DNA from: Candidatus Thorarchaeota archaeon
Lineage (GTDB): Archaea > Asgardarchaeota > Thorarchaeia > Thorarchaeales > Thorarchaeaceae
Direction of reading: 5' to 3'
DNA: 64,000 bases
Assembly: GCA_019057475.1 (NCBI GenBank)
Contig: DXJO01000006.1
Span: 160,001 to 224,000, forward strand
Shown here: piece by piece, positions 19,486-28,935 of the stretch
Layout of the letters: the number at the start of each line of letters is the position of its first letter
Position numbering within the stretch: the first letter of the stretch is position 1
Made by a program: the position numbers and the translations under genes
Notes under the pieces: model-generated
The model's input: only the letters and a program-made list of their open reading frames with translations
The model's database searches: none
What the model was told of the DNA's origin: nothing

Positions 19486-20133
19486 GTGATTCAAGCAAAG
19501 GTTCTGATTAGTACAGAGGACTACTACACGTGCGACATCACACGGACTATTCCAGTGAGAGTAAGCATTACCACAATTAACGGTCCAGTTGGGTTTGGCA
19601 TAATTGAAGCATTGGACGGAGAAGAAGAGTCACTCAAGCAGTATGTGTCTGCCATGAAAGCATCTTCTAGCGTAATTGAGATTGAAATCACATATCAGTC
19701 ACCCACAGTCTATTGGACTCGTGTCGTTATCCAACCGGATACTCCATCGATTTACGAGACAGTTCTTGAGAGCTCGTGCATGACACGACTCCCTGTCATC
19801 ATCCAGAAAGGAGTTCAAGAGCACACAGTTCTCGCACCATCTAGGGAAGCTTTTCGGGATATGCTGAACTCATTGAAGGCTAGCTATTCCCAAGTGCGAC
19901 TGAGGCATGTACGCTCATTTGCTTCAACTCTCCCCAAACACAACCTCACAGTGAAACAGATGGAAGCGATGATTATGGCATTCAGCTCTGGATACTACGA
20001 TATTCCGAGAGGGATAACTGTGGTCGAGATGTCTGAACGCCTGGGGATCAAGCGAGTCGCAATGCAAGAGCGACTTAGGAGAGCAGAGCGGACAATAATA
20101 ACTGATTTCGTCGAGGACTCACTTGTGTACTAG
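19486..20133 (+). CDS. Bat/HTH_10-family archaeal transcriptional regulator
   Basis: C-terminal LTVKQ...A...GYYDIPR...ERLRRAE; divergent from the EamA gene; start uncertain (19345-19486). Confidence 0.85.
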   Translation: MIQAKVLISTEDYYTCDITRTIPVRVSITTINGPVGFGIIEALDGEEESLKQYVSAMKASSSVIEIEITYQSPTVYWTRVVIQPDTPSIYETVLESSCMTRLPVIIQKGVQEHTVLAPSREAFRDMLNSLKASYSQVRLRHVRSFASTLPKHNLTVKQMEAMIMAFSSGYYDIPRGITVVEMSERLGIKRVAMQERLRRAERTIITDFVEDSLVY

Positions 20134-20212
20134 GGCGAAGACCTTGCTCAGATAGAAGTGTTATTGCTTTGGACATTCATACCTGTGTGTTTTTTCCGAA
20201 GCGACATCACCT

Positions 20213-20893
20213 TTAGTTGTCTAAATGATCTGTGAATACCTGATTCATTATAAGAATCAGGTTGTCTAGTGCACTGCCAGGTTCGAGGACGGCGCCATTC
20301 AAGAGATTGATATCTCTACCAAGATCGTAACCAAAGGGACTAGTGGTATCGGGAATGTTCTGATAAGTTCCTTCAAGAAGTATCATGTATCCAACGCCAC
20401 TCTGAATCGTAAGCAGCTGAATCCATGTGCCATCATTGTATAGGATGTCCAAACCAAATCCCATTATGCCAAGGTCTGTAACATCGTAGATTGAAACTTG
20501 AGATTCAGTTGTATACTCCAGATCTCCATAGAGTGCTTGATTGATTGCCTCCACTTCTGAAACTGAAGCGTAAAACTCCTCTTCATATATGGATAGATTA
20601 TACGGGCCCTCTGAATCGTCCAAGAGTGTTGTCCTTACCAACCATGTTCCACCCTCCTGAGGAATGAATACAGCATCCATAAGCTCCGGGTAGACTATGT
20701 CAGAGCTATTCCCGAGTATGGCCATGGCAAGGATGTCACTTGATTTGTCCACCATGTAATCTGCTAATGAAACCCCAAACCGTCCGTCAGTTTCGTTATT
20801 GGCTGAAGGATCATTGACTAGCATGTACGTAATGATAACGGCAGAAAGAATCCCGCAAGCGATCATTGCTGCTGCAATGTGTTTAGTGTTCAT
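20213..20893 (-). CDS. Hypothetical membrane-anchored acidic protein
   Basis: N-terminal TM followed by an acidic extracytoplasmic domain. Confidence 0.7.
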   Translation of the reverse strand: MNTKHIAAAMIACGILSAVIITYMLVNDPSANNETDGRFGVSLADYMVDKSSDILAMAILGNSSDIVYPELMDAVFIPQEGGTWLVRTTLLDDSEGPYNLSIYEEEFYASVSEVEAINQALYGDLEYTTESQVSIYDVTDLGIMGFGLDILYNDGTWIQLLTIQSGVGYMILLEGTYQNIPDTTSPFGYDLGRDINLLNGAVLEPGSALDNLILIMNQVFTDHLDN

Positions 20894-21109
20894 CAGGCCA
20901 TCATCCCATCTCTACTGACACATTGGGGCGAGAACCCTATTCTCTTTTTGCTATCAAGCATAGTGCAATGCTCAAATGAACCCAACTTAGGCTCGAGTTG
21001 CCAAGCAAGGTTGAGGCGTGGACAACAGTGAAATACCGGCAGTGTCAGCATCTCATAATCTCTATGAAGAACATAGAGGTGTCATAGCAACGCCCTAGTT
21101 GCAGAGGGA

Positions 21110-22099
21110 TTGGTAATGAACGCTTACTTCATGATTGTCTTGCTTGCCGTTGTGCTGTTCTTCGTGGTATGGGGACTGGGATGGTTCTTGGAACGCATGT
21201 CACATCTCACACTCCAAACGACGCGGAATCCTGGCTCACGAGCATGGTACCTTCTTGTTGGACCGGGTGTAGCCCTACACGAGTCCTCACATGCACTTGG
21301 ATGTGTCTTCACACGAACGCCTATTGTCGAGTTCAAACCAATTAACGTGTCAGTTCAAGGAGATCAAGTTGTGCTCGGTTACGTGCGATATCAGAATCCA
21401 CCGAGCCATTTCAAGCGCGCAATCATCAATCTTGCACCTGTGGGAGTATCACTGGTTCTCCTAACTACATTCGCATTGGTTGCAACCTACTTAGCTCCAG
21501 AATACACTGGCATTGGTGGTGAAGCTCTCAACCTGCTTTTTGGCCTAATATCCCTCAAGACTGACCCAAACCTTCTTGCGAACCCTGCCTTGCCGGTCAT
21601 TCAGATTGCGGACTTTGTCTACAGCTTCTTCACAGCAATTGCGGGTTTCACAGTCATCAATCCGATATTCTGGATCATTGCTTTCTTTGCTATGACAATA
21701 ATGTTTAGCAACGCTCCATCAGATGTTGATATCAAGAATGCATCTGTTGGATTGAAGGCTATCATCATCTTCGACGTAATCTGGCTCGCTTTAGCAGCTG
21801 TATTTCCCGAAGTGGGCTGGCTCCTCCCCGGATTGTTCGAGCTGCTCGCAATGCTATTTGCCCTTGCGCTGGGTTTCGCAGTTGTTGCGTATGGCTTCTT
21901 CATAATGATAACAGGGATGTCACACCTCAAGACCCCATTCAACATCATTCCATTCTTAGCGTGCATCGCAACAGGAGCAGTAATGTCATACTACAATGTT
22001 GGCACCCCGGCTTTCCAGACTGTTGTGTCACTCGTGGTCTTTGTAGTTGTGATACTACCTTTGCTGTATACGAAAGCATTCAGAGTGGGACGAAGCTAA
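21110..22099 (+). CDS. M50-like intramembrane metalloprotease
   Basis: PGVALHESSH (HExxH), LGYV, INLAP and APSDVD motifs; multi-TM. Confidence 0.8.
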   Translation: MVMNAYFMIVLLAVVLFFVVWGLGWFLERMSHLTLQTTRNPGSRAWYLLVGPGVALHESSHALGCVFTRTPIVEFKPINVSVQGDQVVLGYVRYQNPPSHFKRAIINLAPVGVSLVLLTTFALVATYLAPEYTGIGGEALNLLFGLISLKTDPNLLANPALPVIQIADFVYSFFTAIAGFTVINPIFWIIAFFAMTIMFSNAPSDVDIKNASVGLKAIIIFDVIWLALAAVFPEVGWLLPGLFELLAMLFALALGFAVVAYGFFIMITGMSHLKTPFNIIPFLACIATGAVMSYYNVGTPAFQTVVSLVVFVVVILPLLYTKAFRVGRS

Positions 22100-22191
22100 A
22101 GCACACACGCAAGAATGCATGGTTCAATATCATGTCACCGTAATACGTGATGTCATATTGCATCCCTCGCACTCATACACGGTTATCAGAT

Positions 22192-22539
22192 ATGACCAAA
22201 ATTGAGATTGTCCGACGGCCCTCACTGATTAGCCCGCGTCATTTGCTCAGGTATATCTTCTTCACGGAGATGCAGGTTGAGCAAGCTGCCAAGATACTCA
22301 ATGAAATCGTCAAGGCCGATGGTGTTATCCCGGATTCTGACTGGCAGCAGTTTGTATACACTAGCAGGGGCCTCTACGTCAAGGTCATGAGAAAGCTTCG
22401 TGATGTGGGTCTAGTAGAGAAACGGATGGGCGAGTACAGACTCGCCAAGGATTTCTCAAGCGCGCTTGAAAAGATAGCAAAATACTGGGCGGATATTGTC
22501 AGCTCCTTCAATGAAGGCGATAGGTCAATATCATTCTAA
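22192..22539 (+). CDS. Small winged-helix protein
   Basis: 'YVKVMRKLRDVGLVEKRMGEYRL' wHTH wing. Confidence 0.75.
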   Translation: MTKIEIVRRPSLISPRHLLRYIFFTEMQVEQAAKILNEIVKADGVIPDSDWQQFVYTSRGLYVKVMRKLRDVGLVEKRMGEYRLAKDFSSALEKIAKYWADIVSSFNEGDRSISF

Positions 22540-22573
22540 AGAGGTTCAAGCCCAAGTCCAAAGAGCCTTCTCC

Positions 22574-24136
22574 TTATTCGAATTTGATTTCTTTCAGTGT
22601 CGAGATTGCTTTCTCGCCCTTTATCTTTAGCACACCAAGCTTCTCAAGTTCTCTCGCGTGCTTGGTAGCCAATCCCACCGGAACTCCCAATGACTTGCCG
22701 AGTTCAGTAAATGTAACTGAGCCAACTTCGTCCACTAGCAGTAGAACTTTTGTGTTTGCTTCCATGCCAAGCACCATGATATAGCGCTTGGTTCGTTCAT
22801 CGGAAAGGTCTCTCATCTCAAGTGCAATATCTCTCTCTTTCTCCATCAAGCGAGTGGCTTTTTCAAAAGCCTCTCTTTGCATCTCAACGATGCGCACTTG
22901 CTCTTGCGATTCTTTCAGCTCATTCTCGAAGTCGTAAACACTCTGCTCCAAGTCCTTTACTCGTTTGATCTTATCAGAAATGAATTTCAGCTCATCACTG
23001 TGGCTCTTGGCAGTCGCTTCCGCTGCCCTCTTGTCTTTCAGCGCGGTTTCCAAATCCCGCTCAAGGTCCTTGACCCTTGTAGTTCCAGCATCTGCCTCTT
23101 CACGTTTTTCCTTGAGCGTCTTCTCAATTAGCTCGATTTTCGATTCTAGTGCCTCAATTTCTGCAACTGACTTTATTGGGGCTTTCTTTGCTGCTTCGGC
23201 TTCAGACTTGTAGACTTCCACTTCACTCTGAGATTCGCCTAATTGGAGTTTAACCTCTCTGGCTTCTGCTCTTGCAGCCTGCGTTTCTTTCATCCTTTCA
23301 TCAATGACAGCCTCTTTCTTCAGCAGCTCATCTTTTAGAGCTGTCACCTGCGCACCTAGATCAGAAATCTTGCGGTTGAACTCTTCGGTTGCAGCGTCAA
23401 CAGTAGCTGTATCATCAATACTGCCCTGAAGCTTTCTAATGCTCGCTTCCAGTTTTGTTATCTCGACCTGCTTCTCTACAAGCTCTGCTCGTTGAGATGC
23501 AGTTTCTTCTTCGAGGCTTTCCATGAAAGAGCGGACTACATTTTGCTGCTCCACTATTGTTGATCTGAGGTCCATCTCAGATTCCCGAACTCTGGATCCA
23601 AAGTCTTTGAATCGATCCTGTGTTTGCTCCACAATCTTATCAACGAGGTCCTTCTCAAGCGCCGCGAATTCACTATCCACAATATCAACGAAGGTTGATT
23701 CAATGAAGCTTTTGAAGAACTTCATCCGAAGCCTTTCGACCATCTCTTCAGAAATAGCTGATTTGAGATCAACAACCTTCCCTCTAAATGTAAGAAGCTG
23801 AGCTGCGAAAACACCAACCACTCCTCGCTGTAGAGATGTAATATCTGCCCTTAGGTGCTCCAACTTCAATAGAAGGGCATCAAAGCCAGCCACGGCCTCA
23901 CCATCTTTCATGAAACCGGGTCTGGGAGGCGGGGATTCAAGTGCCTCAACGAACTCCAAAGCAGTGGCGGCAGCACTGAGCAAGTCCTCACTCGTGTCCG
24001 TAGGAAGAATTGGCTTTCCTGATTCATCCACGCCCTCTGCAAGCCCATATACTTCTGAGTCGGAAACAGATGCGCCGCGTAATGCATCTTCCAGGGCGGA
24101 CTTCTCTTTTTCACTCAGCTTGTCTTTTCGTGGCAT
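22574..24136 (-). CDS. Long coiled-coil protein with C-terminal winged helix
   Basis: Over 300 aa of E/K/L heptads; C-terminal 'VTFTELGKSLGVPVGLATKHARELEKLGVLKI'. Confidence 0.85.
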   Translation of the reverse strand: MPRKDKLSEKEKSALEDALRGASVSDSEVYGLAEGVDESGKPILPTDTSEDLLSAAATALEFVEALESPPPRPGFMKDGEAVAGFDALLLKLEHLRADITSLQRGVVGVFAAQLLTFRGKVVDLKSAISEEMVERLRMKFFKSFIESTFVDIVDSEFAALEKDLVDKIVEQTQDRFKDFGSRVRESEMDLRSTIVEQQNVVRSFMESLEEETASQRAELVEKQVEITKLEASIRKLQGSIDDTATVDAATEEFNRKISDLGAQVTALKDELLKKEAVIDERMKETQAARAEAREVKLQLGESQSEVEVYKSEAEAAKKAPIKSVAEIEALESKIELIEKTLKEKREEADAGTTRVKDLERDLETALKDKRAAEATAKSHSDELKFISDKIKRVKDLEQSVYDFENELKESQEQVRIVEMQREAFEKATRLMEKERDIALEMRDLSDERTKRYIMVLGMEANTKVLLLVDEVGSVTFTELGKSLGVPVGLATKHARELEKLGVLKIKGEKAISTLKEIKFE

Positions 24137-24491
24137 TTCATTCCCTCGAGGAGCAGACAATTGCACACAGACTCCGTTAGGTATAAGCTTTGTGCGAACC
24201 GCCTCCCACCTTGATAAAAAACAAATCTGAATATCACTTTGTGTGCTTAATTTCGAACACTCTTATGTCACGGTCCCCCGTGATGACGCTATGCTCTTCA
24301 TGGGGTTCGAACAATGCAGTATCACTCGGCGCTATTACTAGCGTTTCCACACCATTGTGTTGTGTGCGAATTGATTTCGGAGTGTTCAGTGTAAAATACT
24401 CTGAATCCATAGAAGAGTGTCTTAACAAGAAAACATTATCAGGTATCACGCATATGGAAACTTGGCCCAGTTGAGGCCATCGGTGATTCTC

Positions 24492-25427
24492 ATGAGGGAA
24501 TGTCCCAAATGCGGCAAGGCTAATCAGCCAACACGCAAGTTCTGTATTCGGTGTGCGGCTTCTTTGATTGCACCAAGAAAGCCAGCGACCATATCTCAGC
24601 CGACACCCCTGGCGCCTGCCCCTCCGCCAACACCACAACCGACTGCCCCACCCCAAGCACCTCAAGCGGCTTCAAATCAAGCTTCAGTGACAACAGGAGA
24701 TCAATGGGTGCGCCCAAGCGAGATCTCAAGGGACAGGGTAAGAACTGCGACCGGAGCGAAGAGGAAGACTGAACTGGAGAAAGCACGTGAAGCATTTGAA
24801 CGAGCAGAAAACGTGGGGATTGATGAAGCTGCGGGCTCAGGTATCGTCGAGTCAAGAATGTTGAGAGCCAGTGAAGTCAGAGAGCTTTTAGAGCAGACTG
24901 CAGAATATTCAGCCTCTGAAGTGCCAGCTCCTACCTTGATGCCGGGCTCGGAACACCTACCTCCAGATGCTGCGTACCTAGCAGCCCCAGCAATGCCTAC
25001 TCCAACTGACGTGGAGCATTCGATACTCGGAGCCAAATCTACTCTTGTTGAGCAGCCAGCACCTGCTCCAGCTGAGGTAGCGCCGCCAATCACTCCGGAG
25101 CCTACCCCTGAGGCACCGGTCGCTCCAGCGGCTCCAACAACACCAGCAACTCCTGCACCTTCACTCGCTGGAGGGCCAGAAAATGTTACAACTTGCACCA
25201 CGTGCGGCTCAGTCATCAATGTGGATATGTTCGAGTATCCGAAAGAAGTCTACGGTGCAATGGGTAATGCGAGATTGAAGCAAGCACGTTTCCTTGTCGT
25301 TCAAGGCAAGTATGAAGACGCGCAGCATGTCGTTCGGATCTCAAGGTTTCTCTTCATGAAAGCCGAAGATAAGGATGGTCTTACCGAGGTTGGCAAGCTC
25401 GTTGATTCCCTGGCGAAAAGACCTTGA
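24492..25427 (+). CDS. Zinc-ribbon / Pro-rich / TPR-like protein
   Basis: CPKC...CIRC, Pro/Ala/Thr-rich linkers, CTTC and a helical C-terminus; GGTGA precedes the ATG. Confidence 0.82.
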   Translation: MRECPKCGKANQPTRKFCIRCAASLIAPRKPATISQPTPLAPAPPPTPQPTAPPQAPQAASNQASVTTGDQWVRPSEISRDRVRTATGAKRKTELEKAREAFERAENVGIDEAAGSGIVESRMLRASEVRELLEQTAEYSASEVPAPTLMPGSEHLPPDAAYLAAPAMPTPTDVEHSILGAKSTLVEQPAPAPAEVAPPITPEPTPEAPVAPAAPTTPATPAPSLAGGPENVTTCTTCGSVINVDMFEYPKEVYGAMGNARLKQARFLVVQGKYEDAQHVVRISRFLFMKAEDKDGLTEVGKLVDSLAKRP

Positions 25428-25469
25428 TTTCGAACCATGTGCCACTGCTATGTCAGCTAGTGGTATTTA

Positions 25470-26081
25470 GTGGCGATAGTGTTATTAGATGAGTGCCATT
25501 CAGGTGTAAATAATTGGCTCAACCTGTGGAGAGTAGACGCCCTGTCAGAGAATATCGCCTACCTGAAAAAGCTTGTTTTCTTAGGGGAAGGAGCTGTTGG
25601 AAAAACTTCACTTGTCGGGCGCTACGTCTATGATTCCTTCGAAGGTGATTATCTTGCAACTATCGGCACTGACATCCATGTCAAGATGATTCAGGTCGAA
25701 GATGATGTTCTTGTCAAGCTGGTTATTTGGGACATAGCTGGTCAGGACGACTTTGCACAGTTACGCAAGGCTTACTACGTAAACTCGAGCGGCGCGTTCT
25801 TCGTCTTCGACACAACTCGACCTGAAACGATAGAGCGTGTTGACGAATGGATTGATGCTCTCTATGACGTCACAGGGGAAATTCCGTTGGTCTTGCTTGA
25901 GAACAAGGTTGATCTTGAAACAGCGATATCCAAGGAGAACATCAAGAAACTCGTTCATAAGTACAAGGTAGATTTGATACGAACGAGTGCAAAAGAGGAT
26001 ACGAATGTTGAAAAGGCATTCAAGAAGATGACCAAAGAAATCCTCAGGCGTGCTCGTATACAAAGGCGCAAACCGATTTAG
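25470..26081 (+). CDS. Rab-like small GTPase 1
   Basis: G1 GEGAVGKTS, G2 YLATIG, G3 WDIAGQ, G4 NKVD, G5 TSAK; true start probably near 25542. Confidence 0.93.
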   Translation: MAIVLLDECHSGVNNWLNLWRVDALSENIAYLKKLVFLGEGAVGKTSLVGRYVYDSFEGDYLATIGTDIHVKMIQVEDDVLVKLVIWDIAGQDDFAQLRKAYYVNSSGAFFVFDTTRPETIERVDEWIDALYDVTGEIPLVLLENKVDLETAISKENIKKLVHKYKVDLIRTSAKEDTNVEKAFKKMTKEILRRARIQRRKPI

Positions 26082-26121
26082 CATTCGGGGGATATACAAC
26101 AGATATCGGAGGCTGAAGAAT

Positions 26122-26658
26122 ATGACCAAAGCCACTGCTGATTTCATTCATAAACTGGTTTTCCTGGGGGACTCTTCTGTGGGCAAGACATCTCTGGTCC
26201 AACGATACGTCTACAACAGCTTGGATCCGAACATAGGGCGGACAATAGGTGCCATGCTCCACGTGAAGATAGTGCAGTATGAGGATGCTTTGCACAAGCT
26301 GGTGATCTGGGATCTTGGAGGACAACAGTCATTCCACGTCTTACGAGAGCAGTACTGTGCACAGGCTTCTGGAGCCTTCTTTGTCATGGACAGGACACGC
26401 CCTGACACGTTGGAAAGCATTGACTCCTGGCTTGGTGACCTGTACAATGCCGCTGGAAAGGTTCCTGTTGTCGTGGTGGAGAACAAGGTCGACTTGGAGC
26501 CGGCAATTTCGCATGACAAAATAGTTCAGGAAGTTGAATCAAGAGGGCACAAACTGATAACAACAAGCGCGCTTGAAAATCGCAACGTCAACCAAGCATT
26601 CACAGAGCTTCTTGTTGAGGTTGCTAAGAAAACCAGAGAGAAAGAAACAATCATTTGA
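26122..26658 (+). CDS. Rab-like small GTPase 2
   Basis: GDSSVGKTS, RTIG, WDLGGQ, NKVD and TSAL; GGAGG before the ATG at 26122. Confidence 0.93.
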   Translation: MTKATADFIHKLVFLGDSSVGKTSLVQRYVYNSLDPNIGRTIGAMLHVKIVQYEDALHKLVIWDLGGQQSFHVLREQYCAQASGAFFVMDRTRPDTLESIDSWLGDLYNAAGKVPVVVVENKVDLEPAISHDKIVQEVESRGHKLITTSALENRNVNQAFTELLVEVAKKTREKETII

Positions 26659-26810
26659 AGCTCAAGCAGTTCACTCTCTTCTGTAGATACATGGCAGAGT
26701 CACGCATCTGGATACTTGCGGTTTCAGAAGCCTTACAGTAATTGCAAATGTTCTACAATGAAGCATATGTATCATATGACGAAGCATTATAGCAATAGAT
26801 TGTAATAGTA

Positions 26811-26880
26811 CAGCCTGAGGGGGGAGTTCCCTAGTAGGGGACACGGAGCGGCGGTAGCGCCACCATCGTCGCTCCGGCGA
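26811..26880 (+). ncRNA. Candidate structured RNA or 5' leader upstream of phoU
   Basis: GC-rich island in an AT-rich spacer; 12-bp stem 26844-26855/26865-26876 with two G-U pairs, plus a small hairpin at 26827-26841. Confidence 0.4.
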
Positions 26881-26964
26881 TTAATTTATCTCTTAGCAAG
26901 ACCTAACCAATACAAGTGCAAACCATTTGTTTCATATGACGCATCGTTTGCACACCTGCGGTCC

Positions 26965-28017
26965 ATGCAATTAGGTGGCTTTGTGTTGATAACGACTCGA
27001 AAACTCAATAGAGTACGTAATTCGCTCTATGTTTATCTGCCGAAACAGTGGTGTTCCGACTACAACCTGACAAGCGATTCGGAGGTTCGCATTCAAGAGG
27101 GCGCGGACGGTACGCTTATGATATCGCCCACTTCCACGAAACCCAAGGAGAGGGATTATCTTCGATTTCAGATAGATGATGTGATCAAGGACCAAATCGA
27201 GAACTTGTTGGTCGGAGCGTATATAGTGGGGGTGCAAGGACTCAATATCGGCACGTCCAAGCCTCTGGATATGAAGACCCGCGAAAGAATAAGTAGTTGG
27301 ATCAGGAAGCTGCCAGGTTTCGAGATTCTGGACGAGCATGAGAAGAGCGTTACAATTAATGACACAAGCGAGAAGCAGTTCGTACTACCTGTGTTGAGAC
27401 GACAATTCTCCACAACAAAATACATGCTCGGGGGTCTCCTGCGGGCTCTGGAAACTGGCGAAACAGAGGAGACCTCTAGAATCGTAAGCCGGGATGATGA
27501 TGTTGACCGTCATCGATACTTCGTTGAGCGGCTCTGCCACATTGCCCTGCACGACCCTGCCTACGCGCGCCGGATTTCAATAACAACCTCTGATTGTCTT
27601 CACTTTAGTCTTGCGGCGAAGTACATCGAAAGAATAGCTGACCATGTGTGTGGTGCTATTGCCGAAATAGCTAACGTTGAGGAAGTCGATCCGTTTCTTG
27701 CTAAGTCAGGCAAAGCCCTCGCGAAAGCTTATGATGAAGCAACTCATACATTCTTCAGTTCCGAGGCAAATCGGGGGGATAAACGTCGAACAGCCCTCAC
27801 AAAAGCATCTAGAGAAGCATTCGAAGCGTTGATCAGTGCCAAACGGATGTCAGTAAGGCTCTCTAAGCGAGAAACCTCAAAGAGAAGCTACGGACCACAT
27901 GAGGCTCTAATTCTATTCCACATGGAGAGAATAGCATCCTATTGCAGCGACATTGGAGAGGTTGCAATCAATCGAATCATCGAGAAACGAATCCATGGGC
28001 CGTCGATAGTGGAGTGA
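26965..28017 (+). CDS. phoU: Archaeal PhoU-family regulator with N-terminal AbrB domain
   Basis: RKL....SLYVYLPKQW AbrB motif; DDDVDR, ERIADH and ERIASY PhoU motifs. Confidence 0.88.
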   Translation: MQLGGFVLITTRKLNRVRNSLYVYLPKQWCSDYNLTSDSEVRIQEGADGTLMISPTSTKPKERDYLRFQIDDVIKDQIENLLVGAYIVGVQGLNIGTSKPLDMKTRERISSWIRKLPGFEILDEHEKSVTINDTSEKQFVLPVLRRQFSTTKYMLGGLLRALETGETEETSRIVSRDDDVDRHRYFVERLCHIALHDPAYARRISITTSDCLHFSLAAKYIERIADHVCGAIAEIANVEEVDPFLAKSGKALAKAYDEATHTFFSSEANRGDKRRTALTKASREAFEALISAKRMSVRLSKRETSKRSYGPHEALILFHMERIASYCSDIGEVAINRIIEKRIHGPSIVE

Positions 28018-28022
28018 TTGTA

Positions 28023-28868
28023 ATGGTTACCGACAGCTCAAAATCAAAGCACCTCAACGAACTAAATGGCAAGGACTGGGTCAAATCTACCAAGTCTTGG
28101 TTTGTTGTAAATCCTAGGCCGCGCAGGAAGGCACAGAAGAACCATCCTGCGAAATTTCCTGAAGAGCTTGTCAGTCGCTTTGTGCAGTTTTTTACCCAAC
28201 CTGACGCATGGGTGATTGACCCTTTCGCCGGCGTAGGAAGTACATCCGTGGCTTGTGGTCAGCTCGAAAGGAACTCCGTAGGAATTGAGCTAATGCCTGA
28301 ATTCGTTGAGATAGGTCTCGAGGCTCTCAAAGCGACATCCATTGGCACTGAACACCATTTAATTGTGGGAGATTCTACTAAGATAGATAGTGTACTTGCT
28401 GAGCACTTCGGCGACGATTTACCGGTATTTGATTTCCTGATAACGTCACCCCCGTATTGGAATATGCTGCGCAAGTCGCGTGGAGGGAATGAAACAGTTC
28501 ACAAAGAGAGAGAGGCCAAAGGACTCAAGCAGTACTACAGCGATTCGAATCTGGATATTGGTAACATAAACTCGTACGAGAGCTACATCGAATCTGTTGG
28601 CCGAGTATTGGATGGTGTCCGTCCGTTCCTTTCTGACGGAGCGTATCTCGCGGTTGTTGCTCAAAACATGCGTGACGTTGATGGGATTATGCGACCCATT
28701 GCGTGGGACCTTGCACGCAGACTGTCTCACACCTACGAACTGAAACAGGAACAGATCTGGTGTCAGGATAACAAGCGCCTAGGTTGTTGGGGATTTCCCA
28801 CTACCTATGTTTCGAACGTACACCACCATTACTGCCTTGTGCTCCAAAAAGCAAAAGCGAAAACCTAA
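28023..28868 (+). CDS. Orphan DNA methyltransferase (SPPY, likely m4C)
   Basis: HPAKFP, DPFAGVGST and TSPPYW motifs. Confidence 0.88.
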   Translation: MVTDSSKSKHLNELNGKDWVKSTKSWFVVNPRPRRKAQKNHPAKFPEELVSRFVQFFTQPDAWVIDPFAGVGSTSVACGQLERNSVGIELMPEFVEIGLEALKATSIGTEHHLIVGDSTKIDSVLAEHFGDDLPVFDFLITSPPYWNMLRKSRGGNETVHKEREAKGLKQYYSDSNLDIGNINSYESYIESVGRVLDGVRPFLSDGAYLAVVAQNMRDVDGIMRPIAWDLARRLSHTYELKQEQIWCQDNKRLGCWGFPTTYVSNVHHHYCLVLQKAKAKT

Positions 28869-28935
28869 GAGGAAATCTCTCAAAGCGGAGTCAGCCATCT
28901 CACATTTGTAATGGCGTAGGGAGAGGAGAATCACA

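Noticed and set aside
22574-24136. SMC/Rad50 ATPase
   Set aside because: No Walker A/B, signature motif, hinge or zinc hook
26811-26880. tRNA
   Set aside because: No cloverleaf, T-loop GTTCRA or acceptor stem
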